42,154 bases of DNA from a virus (lineage: Duplodnaviria; Caudoviricetes). The first letter of the stretch is position 1. Every line of letters begins with the position of its first letter. Both the position numbers and the translations under genes were made by a program. The notes beneath the pieces were generated by a model. The model was given only the letters and a program-made list of their open reading frames with translations, ran no database searches and was not told the origin of the DNA. Below, in pieces: positions 28,509 through 37,537 of the stretch. The DNA is taken from positions 1 to 42,154 of the IMG/VR virus record IMGVR_UViG_3300010362_000043, one strand, 5' to 3'.

Positions 28509-28861
28509 CGCTTCTTCTTACCGTCCTGGCGCTCGCCGGCGCCCACCACGAAGGTTGCAACACGAACGCGTGCGAACGTCGCGTGGATCGAAAGGAACAC
28601 GCCAAGACGGTTCACAAGTGGCGGCGCACGGCGCGCCCGTATCGCGGGTGGCTTTCGGCCGTGCGGTGGTGCGAGTCGCGTGGCAACTACGCGACGAACA
28701 CGGGCAATGGTTTTTTCGGCGCCTATCAGTTCACGTTACCGTCGTGGTGGTCGGTCGGCGGTCGCGTCATGCCTCATCTTGCGTCGCCGCCTGAACAGGA
28801 CTACCGCGCCGTGCGGTTGCTTTGGGTCCAAGGTCGTGGCGCCTGGCCCGTGTGCGGCTAG
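28505..28861 (+). CDS. rpf: resuscitation-promoting factor (Rpf)-type transglycosylase
   Basis: CESRGNYATNTGNGFFGAYQFT..W..GG..P..AS..EQ..A..L..QG.GAWPVC; short hydrophobic N-terminus. Confidence 0.9.
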   Translation: MTLLLTVLALAGAHHEGCNTNACERRVDRKEHAKTVHKWRRTARPYRGWLSAVRWCESRGNYATNTGNGFFGAYQFTLPSWWSVGGRVMPHLASPPEQDYRAVRLLWVQGRGAWPVCG

Positions 28862-28863
28862 CG

Positions 28864-29178
28864 ATGGATTCTCGGGCAAAAGGCGCGCGTGGCGAACTGG
28901 AATTCATCCATCGCCACCTTGCGCCGTATTGGCCGGACGCGAAGCGCAACCTAGACCAATTCGGCGACGACAAACGCGACGCCATCCAATGCGCGGGCAT
29001 CCATTGGCAAATCAAGCGCACGGAACGGCTGGAACTCTGGCGCGCCATCCGCCAAGCCGAACAGGAAGCCATCGGCTCGGACGTGCCCGTGGTCGCCTTT
29101 CGCCGCAACCACTCCGGGTGGTATTGCGTCGCGCCGGCCGACTTCCTTTGCGCCTTGATCGCGTGGCGGGACCGATGA
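28864..29178 (+). CDS. Holliday junction resolvase (Hjc-like)
   Basis: SRAKGARGELE, QIKRTE, PVVAFRRN..W. Confidence 0.8.
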   Translation: MDSRAKGARGELEFIHRHLAPYWPDAKRNLDQFGDDKRDAIQCAGIHWQIKRTERLELWRAIRQAEQEAIGSDVPVVAFRRNHSGWYCVAPADFLCALIAWRDR

Positions 29179-31031
29179 CGCGCAAAGGATGGACGCCGGC
29201 CACGCTTGACCGCTTGGGCGTCGGCGTCGATGGCCAGGGCCGCTACGTGTTTACCATCCGCGACGAAACCGGCGAATACGTCGGCGTCCTGCACTACGCC
29301 GACGACGGCCGCGAACCGAAGATGCGCGCGGAGCGCGGCACGACGCGCGACCTCTGGCCGCGACCGGAAGACGTGGCCGGCACCTTCGTGGTGGTGGTCG
29401 AAGGCGAACCCGACGCCGTGAGCGCGGCGGAACTCGGGTTGCCGGCCGTGGCCCTGCCCGGAACCGGCAAGTGGCGCGACGAATGGCCCGAGCGGATCGC
29501 GTCCGGCCGCGATGGCGTCTACTTCGTGACCGACTGCGACGACGTGGGCCGAACGCGCATGAAGCGCGCGGCCGAGCTTGCCGCGCGCACCACGGACGCG
29601 TTCGTGATCGACATGGCGCCCGACCGCACGGACGGCTACGACATCGGCGACGCGTTGGTGGAACTCGGCCCGAGCATGACGCGCCGGTTCCTTGATCGCC
29701 TGTTCAACGACGCGCGGCCCGTGCAAGCGCCAATCCCGGCCGTGCCGCCGGACGTGCGCGTGCCCGTGGTCATCCGTGGCTCGGAAGTGCGCATTCGGCC
29801 CGTGCGCTATCTCTGGCGTCCGTGGTTGCCGTTGGGAAAGGTCGTCATCCTGGCCGGCGCTCCGGGCCAGGGCAAATCTCAGGTGGCCGCGTTCATGGCG
29901 GCGGCGACCACCACGGCGGGCTTCTTGGACGGCGACGTGAACACGCCGGCCAACGTGGTCTTCCTGACGGCCGAAGACGACTTGGCCGACACGGTGGCGC
30001 CGCGCCTTCTCGCGTGCGGCGCCGACATGGCCCGATGGGAAGCCATCGTCATGCGTCGCACGTTGCCGAAGGGAATCACGGCGGACGGGCTTATCAAGTT
30101 GCCGGGCGACTTGGACACCTTGATCGAACGACTGGACGCGGGTGGCGTGCGCTTGGTGGTCTTCGATCCGGTCGCGTCGTTCGTCGGGCGCGACCACTCC
30201 ACGTACGTCAACCAAGACGTGCGCGACGTGTTGGACCCTGTTGTGGCCGTCGCCGCGCACTACGGCGTGGCCGTCGTCTTGGTTATGCACCTGAACAAAT
30301 CCGAGTCGAAGACGTGGGCCACGAAGATCGGCGAAAGCCACGCCTTCCAAGCCGTCGCGCGCACGGTCGTGGCCGTGGCGCCCGATCCGGACGACGAAGA
30401 CGGCGAAGAAGGCGTGGACAAGATCATGGCGCCCACGAAGATGAACTTGGTCCGGCGCGAGCGCGGGCTAGCGCTCAAGTATCGCCTGACGACCACGACG
30501 GTTTACGACGACGATTTGGTGCCCGTGCCCACGTCCATGATCGCGTTCACGGGCCATTCGTCCGTCGCCGCCGACGACCTTCTGGCCGATCAAGGCGAAC
30601 GTGGCGTGCGACGCGAAGTCTTGGACTTCCTTTTGGACGCGCTCGCGGACGGGCCAGTGGCGTCCAACGACCTGAAAGCCGACGCGAAGAAGCTCGGCGT
30701 GGCGTGGCGTTCGATCCAACGCTACTACCGCGAAGTCTGTAAGTCCGCCAAGCGCGCCAAGTCCGCCACGGGCAGAATGGAATACGTCTACGAACTCACG
30801 GCGGACCATGGGCGTACTTCCACCCTAGGCGCAACTGGCGCACTTGGGACCGAAGACGACCCAACTACGCCAGAAACGCCAGGGGTGGGAGTACGCCAAA
30901 GGTCCGATGACGTTGTGACCGAAGGAAATGGCGAACTTGGCGAACATGGCGCACATGGCGCCGACGACTTGGAGTGGTACAGGCGCCGGCGCGACGCGAT
31001 GTTGGGCGAGCGGTGGGAAGACGACGAATGA
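29175..31031 (+). CDS. Toprim primase / AAA helicase fusion
   Basis: VVEGEPDA, DCDDVG, YDIGD; Walker A GAPGQGKS; VVFDP; MHLNK. Confidence 0.88.
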   Translation: MTRKGWTPATLDRLGVGVDGQGRYVFTIRDETGEYVGVLHYADDGREPKMRAERGTTRDLWPRPEDVAGTFVVVVEGEPDAVSAAELGLPAVALPGTGKWRDEWPERIASGRDGVYFVTDCDDVGRTRMKRAAELAARTTDAFVIDMAPDRTDGYDIGDALVELGPSMTRRFLDRLFNDARPVQAPIPAVPPDVRVPVVIRGSEVRIRPVRYLWRPWLPLGKVVILAGAPGQGKSQVAAFMAAATTTAGFLDGDVNTPANVVFLTAEDDLADTVAPRLLACGADMARWEAIVMRRTLPKGITADGLIKLPGDLDTLIERLDAGGVRLVVFDPVASFVGRDHSTYVNQDVRDVLDPVVAVAAHYGVAVVLVMHLNKSESKTWATKIGESHAFQAVARTVVAVAPDPDDEDGEEGVDKIMAPTKMNLVRRERGLALKYRLTTTTVYDDDLVPVPTSMIAFTGHSSVAADDLLADQGERGVRREVLDFLLDALADGPVASNDLKADAKKLGVAWRSIQRYYREVCKSAKRAKSATGRMEYVYELTADHGRTSTLGATGALGTEDDPTTPETPGVGVRQRSDDVVTEGNGELGEHGAHGADDLEWYRRRRDAMLGERWEDDE

Positions 31032-31981
31032 CCGACGCCGACCCGATACCCGGACAAACCACGGTCTACGACTTCTTGGACGACGACGAATGCGTGTGGG
31101 CTCAACTTTCAGTGGCGTGGGCGGTCTTGACCTTGGACTACATCGGGCCGGACACGGCGTCGCTTTCCAAGTCGAATCCGACCCATACCGACGTGCCGTG
31201 TTGGCTCGCCACTGGCCGAACGTACCGCGACACGACGACGTGCGGACCTTCGACGGCCGACCCTGGCGTGGCCACATCGACCTTCTCGCGGGCGGCTTCC
31301 CCTGCCAAGACCTTTCCGTCGCCGGCCAACGCGCCGGACTGGCCGGCAGGCGAAGCGGGTTGTTCTACGACTTCGCGCGCATCGCAGTTGACGCTATTGG
31401 ACCCGGAAACTTCGTTCTTCTTGAGAACGTCGCCGGTCTTCTGTCATCGCACCGTGGCCGAGATTTCGCCATCCTTCTCGCGGCGCTGGACGAACTCGGG
31501 TTTTCGGATATCGCCTGGCGAGTGTTGGATAGCCGTTACTTCGGAGTGCCCCAACGGCGAAGGCGAGTCTTCATCCTTGGCCGACGTGGTGATGGCCGAA
31601 GTTGCGCCACGATTCTTCTTGAGCCGGAAGGCGGCGGCGGGAATTTTGCGGCGCGCCGTGAGGCGCGGAAGGGTCTTGCCGGAAGCGTTGCGGACGGCGC
31701 TAGAAGCGCTCGCACACTCACCCGACGCACGGCCGGACGATTCGACGGCGAAACCGAAGACTTCGTGGTTCAACGGCAAGCCGACCGAAGCTATTGGGTC
31801 GAAGACTTCCGAAACGGAACACTCACGTCCGACCCTGGCCGAACCGACCGAAAGCCCGTCATCTTCGGTGCGGCGCTTGACGCCCACGGAATGCGAACGC
31901 CTACAGGGCCTCCCGATGGGGTGGACGGCGATAGCGTGGAAATCGACCCGCCGCCGGACGGCCGGCGGTACGCGGCCATAG
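31028..31981 (+). CDS. alternative-frame MTase beta-like subunit carrying motif IX
   Basis: ATGA-coupled to the helicase; SSSLADV, FFLSRKAAAGILRRA, VRRLTPTECERLQGLPMGWT. Confidence 0.75.
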   Translation: MTDADPIPGQTTVYDFLDDDECVWAQLSVAWAVLTLDYIGPDTASLSKSNPTHTDVPCWLATGRTYRDTTTCGPSTADPGVATSTFSRAASPAKTFPSPANAPDWPAGEAGCSTTSRASQLTLLDPETSFFLRTSPVFCHRTVAEISPSFSRRWTNSGFRISPGECWIAVTSECPNGEGESSSLADVVMAEVAPRFFLSRKAAAGILRRAVRRGRVLPEALRTALEALAHSPDARPDDSTAKPKTSWFNGKPTEAIGSKTSETEHSRPTLAEPTESPSSSVRRLTPTECERLQGLPMGWTAIAWKSTRRRTAGGTRP

Positions 31982-32055
31982 GCGACGCCGTGACCGTGCC
32001 CGTCGCCGAGTGGATCGGAAAGCGACTCGCCATGTGGGAAGCGGGCGAGTTGTGA
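31090..32055 (+). CDS. DNA cytosine-C5 methyltransferase (alpha-like; N-terminal motifs and motif X)
   Basis: FSGVGG, GGFPCQDLS, ENV, QRRRRVF, RYAAIGDAVTVPVAEWIG. Confidence 0.92.
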   Translation: MRVGSTFSGVGGLDLGLHRAGHGVAFQVESDPYRRAVLARHWPNVPRHDDVRTFDGRPWRGHIDLLAGGFPCQDLSVAGQRAGLAGRRSGLFYDFARIAVDAIGPGNFVLLENVAGLLSSHRGRDFAILLAALDELGFSDIAWRVLDSRYFGVPQRRRRVFILGRRGDGRSCATILLEPEGGGGNFAARREARKGLAGSVADGARSARTLTRRTAGRFDGETEDFVVQRQADRSYWVEDFRNGTLTSDPGRTDRKPVIFGAALDAHGMRTPTGPPDGVDGDSVEIDPPPDGRRYAAIGDAVTVPVAEWIGKRLAMWEAGEL

Positions 32056-32240
32056 ACTCCGCGCCACCCATCTTGGTCACGCGCGAAGAAGCGGCAGAAA
32101 TGCTCGCCATGTCGCTTCGGCATTTCGAACGCTTCGTGCAACCGCACGTCCGAATCGTGCGCGTCGGTCGGCGCCGGCTCGTGCCCGTGATCGAACTTCA
32201 ACGGTGGGCCGAAGAACGCGCGGAGTGCGCGACGGACTAA
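32052..32240 (+). CDS. xis: excisionase / HTH protein
   Basis: VTREEAAEMLAMS...RVGRRRLVP; directly upstream of the integrase. Confidence 0.75.
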   Translation: MNSAPPILVTREEAAEMLAMSLRHFERFVQPHVRIVRVGRRRLVPVIELQRWAEERAECATD

Positions 32241-32265
32241 TGCCCGTCCGCTATCGTGGCGATAG
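32238..32265 (+). promoter_or_regulatory. sigma-28-like promoter P3 (integrase)
   Basis: C-TAAT-N16-GGCGATAG, followed by an arm-type repeat and RBS AAAGGAATCCGC. Confidence 0.45.
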
Positions 32266-32299
32266 AGGGACTACCCCACGACCGTAAAGGAATCCGCTA

Positions 32300-33484
32300 A
32301 TGAAGCCCAAATGGCTACCGACGAAGACGAACCGCCGCGTCTTCATCCGCCACGAACGCGGTTGCCCGGCATACGAAGAAAAGCGTTGCCGTTGCGCGCC
32401 GAAATATCGCGGCGAACTCTGGAACTCGGAGAAGCGCCGGCCGGACAAATCCCACGCCTTCGACGCCTACGGCGAAGCCGAGTCGTGGGTGACGGATCGG
32501 CGCAACGGCGTGGAGAATCCCGCGCCGAAGCCCAAGCCCGGCCAGGGCATGACGAACGACGCGTTCATGGCCATGTTCTTCGCCGCCATGAAGTCCGGTC
32601 ACGCGCGCGGGAAGAAGCAACGGCGCTACGCGGAGAAGACCACGCGCGACTACGAAGCGATTTGGAAGCTGCATTGGTCGGGCCACGTCGGCGCCGACTT
32701 CGTGGACGGCATGACGACCGAAGCGTGGCAACGCGCCTACGTGTTGGTGGCCACCACGGGCGCGCGTGATCGCCACGGCGAACAGACGGGCGAGCCGCTT
32801 TCCGATCACACGTTGCAATGCCTTCTGACGCCGATCCGCGCCGCCTACCGTTGGGCCACGCATCCGTCGCGCAAGCTCGTGGCTTCCAACCCGACCCGAG
32901 ACATGGACGTGCCGGCCGGCGAGCGTTCCAAGCGCAAGCGCGTGGCGCCACCCGAAGACGTGCCGCGCCTTCTCGCCGCGCTCACGGACCTCCCGATGCG
33001 CGTCTTTTGGGGGTTCGCCTTCTACGCGGGCATGCGCCGTGCCGAAATCCTGGCGCTGGATTGGGCCGACGTGGGCGGCGGCGAAATCGTGGTGCCCGAG
33101 TCGAAGACCGCGACCGGCCGCGAACGCCGAATCCCCATCGTGCCGCAACTGGCCGCGATCCTCACGGACTACCGCAAGTCGATGGGCGCCGGCGCGTTCA
33201 TCGGCCCGATCCTGCCCGGCGTGCGCGCGTTCCGCTTGAGCGACGAAACGGTCTACCGCCGCACGCGCGAGTTGTGGGAAGCGGCCGGCCACACGGTCTA
33301 CACGCCGCACGAAGGTCGCCACACGTCCGCGTCCATCGCCGTGGCCAACCGCGACGTGTCGCTTGCCGATCTACAGGCGTGGCTCGGGCACGCGTCGCTG
33401 GAAGAAACGGCCGGCTACGTGCAAACCCTGCCCGGCTACCGCCGCGAGTCGGCGGCGAACCGACTGGCCGCGTCGTTCGGGTAG
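32300..33484 (+). CDS. int: tyrosine integrase
   Basis: GMRRAEI (R), SKT (K), HEGRH, LGH, Y in TAGY. Confidence 0.93.
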   Translation: MKPKWLPTKTNRRVFIRHERGCPAYEEKRCRCAPKYRGELWNSEKRRPDKSHAFDAYGEAESWVTDRRNGVENPAPKPKPGQGMTNDAFMAMFFAAMKSGHARGKKQRRYAEKTTRDYEAIWKLHWSGHVGADFVDGMTTEAWQRAYVLVATTGARDRHGEQTGEPLSDHTLQCLLTPIRAAYRWATHPSRKLVASNPTRDMDVPAGERSKRKRVAPPEDVPRLLAALTDLPMRVFWGFAFYAGMRRAEILALDWADVGGGEIVVPESKTATGRERRIPIVPQLAAILTDYRKSMGAGAFIGPILPGVRAFRLSDETVYRRTRELWEAAGHTVYTPHEGRHTSASIAVANRDVSLADLQAWLGHASLEETAGYVQTLPGYRRESAANRLAASFG

Positions 33485-33511
33485 TCTCGCGGGCGGTCTA
33501 GCCCGCCATCG

Positions 33512-33541
33512 ACGGGCCACGTCTTCGGGCGTGGCCCGTTG
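33512..33541 (+). terminator. hairpin after integrase
   Basis: ACGGGCCACG-TCTTCGGG-CGTGGCCCGT with a weak U-tail. Confidence 0.55.
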
Positions 33542-33837
33542 TCGTTCTACGAAGGGGTGGGTCGGTTCATCGGCCGCGTCCGGCGATCCATCCCGATACC
33601 CACCCCTAGCCGGTTCCCATCCGGCCATCGCCCGAACCCGGCGCCGGCGCCGGCACCAACGCGTCCGTTGCGTGGGGCGATATCTCCATGACTTGTGGCG
33701 CGCGTCGGCCGCGATTGCCGCCAGTCCGCCGACCCTACGAAGCCTTCGGCACCCTAGCGGCGATTCGGACGGGCCGACCTTTCTTCGTAGCGCTTGCGCA
33801 AGCGCGCCGGCGCGGATTTTGGCACGGATCGCGCGGA

Positions 33838-34047
33838 ACTACCCCATATCGCACCCCACGACTACCCCACGCCTGGCCGGAATGGCTCTAGTTAGCCAAG
33901 GATGGGGCTTGCCGGGTAGATGAAGTCCATGTGCCACAGGCCGCATGGCTATGCGGGTTTTCCGATGGCCAAGCCAAAGTCGAACGTCAGTAGACGACAC
34001 GAAACGCCAGTTCGCGACGCCGTTCTACCCCACGACTACCCCACGCC
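33838..34047. other. putative attP with integrase arm-type repeats
   Basis: Five (CT)ACCCCAC(G)-like units in two clusters; ACCCCACGACTACCCCACGCC is identical at 33853 and 34027. Confidence 0.75.
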
Positions 34048-34064
34048 AGATACCTTTCGGTCTT

Positions 34065-34259
34065 ATGGGAACCATCGGCATAGCCCGACGCTACGAAGCC
34101 ATGTACGGCCCACGCGCCGTGAAGATGTTCGTTCGCGACCTCATGGCCGGCGACGCGGCAACGTTCAAGGTCGGCTACACGCGCGACAACGCGATCTTGG
34201 CGGCGGCGGACGCGTTCGGCATCGACCGCGACGAAGCCGAGAGAAGGGCCGACGTGTGA
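34065..34259 (+). CDS. hypothetical protein, probably leaderless
   Basis: TACCTT -10-like hexamer at 34051 just before the ATG. Confidence 0.6.
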   Translation: MGTIGIARRYEAMYGPRAVKMFVRDLMAGDAATFKVGYTRDNAILAAADAFGIDRDEAERRADV

Positions 34260-34915
34260 CGCGAGAAATCATCGACGCGCCGTCCGTCACGGCCGACGAA
34301 GCGCGGGCCATGACCGAAGACGTGCGCGCCGACGTGCGCGCACTCTGGCGCAAGGTCTTGGGCTTGTACGAAGCCGGCGTTCACCTGGCGCTCGGCTACG
34401 TGTCGTGGTCGGACTATTGGGCGGGCGAGTTCGGCCAGTCGGGCACGCGCGGCGATCAGTTGGTGCGCGCCGGCCGCGTCGTCCGAGCGCTTGAGCGCGC
34501 CGACGTGGAGATTCTGCCGCGCAACGATTGGGTGGCCGGCCAGTTGATACCCGTCTACCGGGTGGCGCCCGAAGACCTACCCGACGTGTGGGCGCGCGCC
34601 GTGAAGCTCGGCAAGGGCCAACCGACGCGCGATCACATAGCCCAAGTGGTCGAACCGTACCGGCGTCGGCGCCAGGGCTACCGCAACGCGGCCGAAGGCG
34701 CGAAGGTCCGTCGCACGCGCGAGCGCGCCGGCGTGCCCATCCTTCACGCGCACGCGAACGCGGAAGAAGCGGCGGCGAACATCGAAGCCGCGTTGAACTC
34801 GGGCATGTCGGACGACGTGATGCGCGAGTGGTGGGAACACGCGCACGAAGCGGCCAGGCTTCTCGCGGAAATCGCGGAGAAAATCCGCCGCGAAATGTCT
34901 TCGGGAATTCGCTAA
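34256..34915 (+). CDS. hypothetical protein
   Basis: GTGA overlap; HLALGYVSWSDY..EFG motif recurrent in phage proteins. Confidence 0.7.
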   Translation: MTREIIDAPSVTADEARAMTEDVRADVRALWRKVLGLYEAGVHLALGYVSWSDYWAGEFGQSGTRGDQLVRAGRVVRALERADVEILPRNDWVAGQLIPVYRVAPEDLPDVWARAVKLGKGQPTRDHIAQVVEPYRRRRQGYRNAAEGAKVRRTRERAGVPILHAHANAEEAAANIEAALNSGMSDDVMREWWEHAHEAARLLAEIAEKIRREMSSGIR

Positions 34916-34940
34916 GGTAATGTAACCGCAGTGCCGATAC
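34903..34940 (+). promoter_or_regulatory. sigma-28-like promoter P4
   Basis: GGGAATTCGC-TAAG-N16-GCCGATAC. Confidence 0.7.
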
Positions 34941-34980
34941 AGCGTATGTAAGGCAAGACCGACTTCGAAAAGGAATCCGC

Positions 34981-35316
34981 ATGAAGAACTGGAACTATCA
35001 CCTTGAAGCGCTCAACACTCACGGTTGCCCGGAGTGCGGAAGCGACGACCTCGCCTTTTGGGGCGAGACTGGCGACCGCACGGACGCCGACATTACCGAC
35101 CATGTGGAGTGCCACGCCTGCGGCACGTCTTGGGAAGCGCCGACCATCGGTCGCCTTCTCTCGGCCATGAATTCCGTGGGCATGCAACCCATCATGGATT
35201 CGGACGGCTGGAACGATGCCCTTCGCCGCGCCGACGACGTGAACCTGAACGACATGGCCGACGAAGACGCGGCCATCGTCGCGCGTGGCATCGTCGCCCA
35301 CGTCGCGCACGGCTAG
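34981..35316 (+). CDS. Zn-ribbon acidic hypothetical protein (monocistronic cassette)
   Basis: CPECGS...CHACG; RBS GAAAAGGAATCCGC; own promoter and terminator. Confidence 0.75.
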   Translation: MKNWNYHLEALNTHGCPECGSDDLAFWGETGDRTDADITDHVECHACGTSWEAPTIGRLLSAMNSVGMQPIMDSDGWNDALRRADDVNLNDMADEDAAIVARGIVAHVAHG

Positions 35317-35343
35317 CCTCACCCGAACATAGGACGGACCACG

Positions 35344-35368
35344 ACGGGCGCCTTCGGGCGCCCGTTTT
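35344..35368 (+). terminator. intrinsic terminator
   Basis: ACGGGCGCC-TTCG-GGCGCCCGT-TTT. Confidence 0.8.
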
Positions 35369-35432
35369 GTCGTTGTATCGGACCTTCGCGCTTCGGGTCG
35401 CCTTTACGTGCCTAGCGTGATACGTTCCGGTC

Positions 35433-36242
35433 ATGGGAACCCAAGCGCCGGCCCGAACCACGGCCGGTCGTGGTGGCGGGAAGCGCCGAACGTGGCCGTA
35501 TCGGTTCGAAATGGTCGGATTGGACCGATTGGTGATCGACGTGGACTACCAACGGCCGTTGACTTCGTTCGTAGAGGAAGTCGCCGCCAACTACGACCCT
35601 GCCATGGTGGGCACTCTGATTGTGTCCGGCCGCAAGAACGGCAAGTGGCCGGTCATCGACGGGCAGACACGCCTTGAAGCCATGCGACGCAACGACGAAC
35701 CGGCCGCGCCGTGTCTCGTCTACGAAGCCTTGACGCGCGAACAGGAAGCCGAGTTGTTCGCGGACCTGCAAACCAAGCGGCGCGGCATGGCCACCTATCT
35801 GCGCTTCCGGGCCGCGCTCGTGGCCAAGCGGCCCGAAGCCGTCGCCATCGCCGGCATTGTCCAAGCGGCGGGCTTCGAACTGGACGTGAACGAAACCGCC
35901 CACACGGTCAAGTCGATAGCGGCGCTGGAATATGCCTACCGCCGCGACCCGGAACTTCTCGCGTCGGTCCTGGCCGTCATCGCCCAAGCGTGGCCCGACC
36001 CTGACACGGAACTGCGCACGGTCGGCGACCTCATTCGTGGCCTGGCCGTCTTTCTCGGCCGAGAAAAGCGCGTGGATCACGACAAGCTCGTGGCGCGACT
36101 TTCGGCCGTCACGCCACGCATGATCCGCCACCGCGCCAACGCGCTCATGGAAGGGTCCGGGCACGGAAGTGGCGGGCGCGCCGGCTACATGGCCGACGCC
36201 ATCCTAGGCATCTACATGAGGGGGAAGCGTGGCGGCGCTTGA
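35433..36242 (+). CDS. ParB/Srx-like N-terminal domain protein (DUF6551-like)
   Basis: IDVDYQRPL, VIDGQTRL, EQEAELF. Confidence 0.75.
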   Translation: MGTQAPARTTAGRGGGKRRTWPYRFEMVGLDRLVIDVDYQRPLTSFVEEVAANYDPAMVGTLIVSGRKNGKWPVIDGQTRLEAMRRNDEPAAPCLVYEALTREQEAELFADLQTKRRGMATYLRFRAALVAKRPEAVAIAGIVQAAGFELDVNETAHTVKSIAALEYAYRRDPELLASVLAVIAQAWPDPDTELRTVGDLIRGLAVFLGREKRVDHDKLVARLSAVTPRMIRHRANALMEGSGHGSGGRAGYMADAILGIYMRGKRGGA

Positions 36243-37140
36243 CGACGCAACCTACGACGCCGGCCGTCTTCTTCGTCAGGCGCGAGCGCTGGACACCCGC
36301 GCCGAAGCGCTCCGCAACGAAGCCCGCGAACTCGCGCGCGAAGCCACGGACCTGCGTATCGAAGCCGGGCGCCTGACACGCGGGCCACTGGAAGCGGCGG
36401 CGGCGGCCGGCGCGCGCGGAGAAGACCCCTTCACGGCGCGCGTAGAAGCCGTCCTAGACGGTTCGGGCGCGCTATCCATGTCCGACCTCACGGACCACCT
36501 GAACGCGACGCCTACGCGCGTGCGGGCGGCCTTGGCGCGGCTTGAGCGCGACGGGCGCGTGGCCCGCTCGGGTATCAAGCGCGGCACGCGCTATCGGATC
36601 GTCAACGCCGACGACGAAGCGGCCAGGGTCCACGACTTCCGGACCTACGAAACCATGGTGCGCGACGCGGCCGTCCGGCTGGACACCTTCGAATTCGTGG
36701 ACCTACAGCGCGAGTTGTCCGACCTCTCGGAAGCGACGTTGCGCCGTTGGCTTCGCCGGCTACAGGAACGCGGGCTATTCGAAGCCGAGCGCGTCGGCAC
36801 CACTTGGGTCTACGCGTACGTGTCGGGCGACCCGGCGAGCAACCCGACGCATCGCCCGCGCCACGAGTCGCCGGAAGCCGAAGCGCGGCGACTGGCCGGC
36901 CCGGAGCGCGCGCGCGGCGACGCGGTGATGGGCACGGGCGCCATGAAGCTCGGCCGCAAGGAAATGGACGACCTCATGCGTGAAGTCCGCGCTCACGGCG
37001 TCACGGTCAAGAAGACCCACGGCGGCCACCTGGCGTGGCTATGCCCGAGCGGCGCGACCGTGCGCACGGCTTCCACGCCGTCGTCGTCGTCCACGGACAA
37101 GATTCGCAAGGAACTGCGCGACGCCGGCGTGCCGGTATGA
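36229..37140 (+). CDS. coiled-coil + two winged-HTH + C-terminal HicA-like domain
   Basis: RVRAALARLERDGRV; SEATLRRWLRRLQERG; GVTVKKTHGGHL...TASTPS...ELRDAG. Confidence 0.6.
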   Translation: MAALDDATYDAGRLLRQARALDTRAEALRNEARELAREATDLRIEAGRLTRGPLEAAAAAGARGEDPFTARVEAVLDGSGALSMSDLTDHLNATPTRVRAALARLERDGRVARSGIKRGTRYRIVNADDEAARVHDFRTYETMVRDAAVRLDTFEFVDLQRELSDLSEATLRRWLRRLQERGLFEAERVGTTWVYAYVSGDPASNPTHRPRHESPEAEARRLAGPERARGDAVMGTGAMKLGRKEMDDLMREVRAHGVTVKKTHGGHLAWLCPSGATVRTASTPSSSSTDKIRKELRDAGVPV

Positions 37141-37250
37141 CGCCGACACCGCGCTACCGCGACGTGCTACGCGCGCGCGACCTCACGTTGACGGGCGGGC
37201 ATCGACGCCCATGGTGGATGCGAGCATGGCGATGGTTCACACGGCGCTAG
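37137..37250 (+). CDS. small basic peptide
   Basis: ATGA overlap; 37 aa, Trp/Arg-rich end. Confidence 0.4.
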   Translation: MTPTPRYRDVLRARDLTLTGGHRRPWWMRAWRWFTRR

Positions 37251-37537
37251 GCGACAACCTTCGTGTGGCCCGGCTCACGCGCGGCTTGTCGGCCGCGCGG
37301 CTTGGCGAACTGGCCGGCGTCGCCCCGTCCCACATATCCAGTATCGAAACGGGCAAGCGACCGAATCCGGGCGCCTTCACGCTGTACGCCATCGCGCGCG
37401 TCTTGGGCGTGCGACTTGAAGACCTTATGGGCGTGCCGCGCGTGGAGAGGACGACCAAGGGTCGTTCCAACGCGCGGCGCGTGGGGAATGTTGTCGATTT
37501 TGGGGAACGATGGAGTTCGCGCAACGTGACGAGCTAG
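37226..37537 (+). CDS. XRE HTH regulator
   Basis: LGDNLRVARLTRGLS..HISSIETGKRPNP; start uncertain (37211/37226/37232). Confidence 0.8.
   Translation: MAMVHTALGDNLRVARLTRGLSAARLGELAGVAPSHISSIETGKRPNPGAFTLYAIARVLGVRLEDLMGVPRVERTTKGRSNARRVGNVVDFGERWSSRNVTS

Noticed and set aside
18667-30350. Long minus-strand ORFs (e.g. 18667..20106, 28767..30350) and other shadow ORFs
   Set aside because: Antisense to well-supported genes; expected in high-GC DNA; no motifs.
35375-35406. Possible sixth sigma-28-like promoter on the minus strand (TAAA...TCCGATAC)
   Set aside because: Spacer is 20 nt rather than 15-16.
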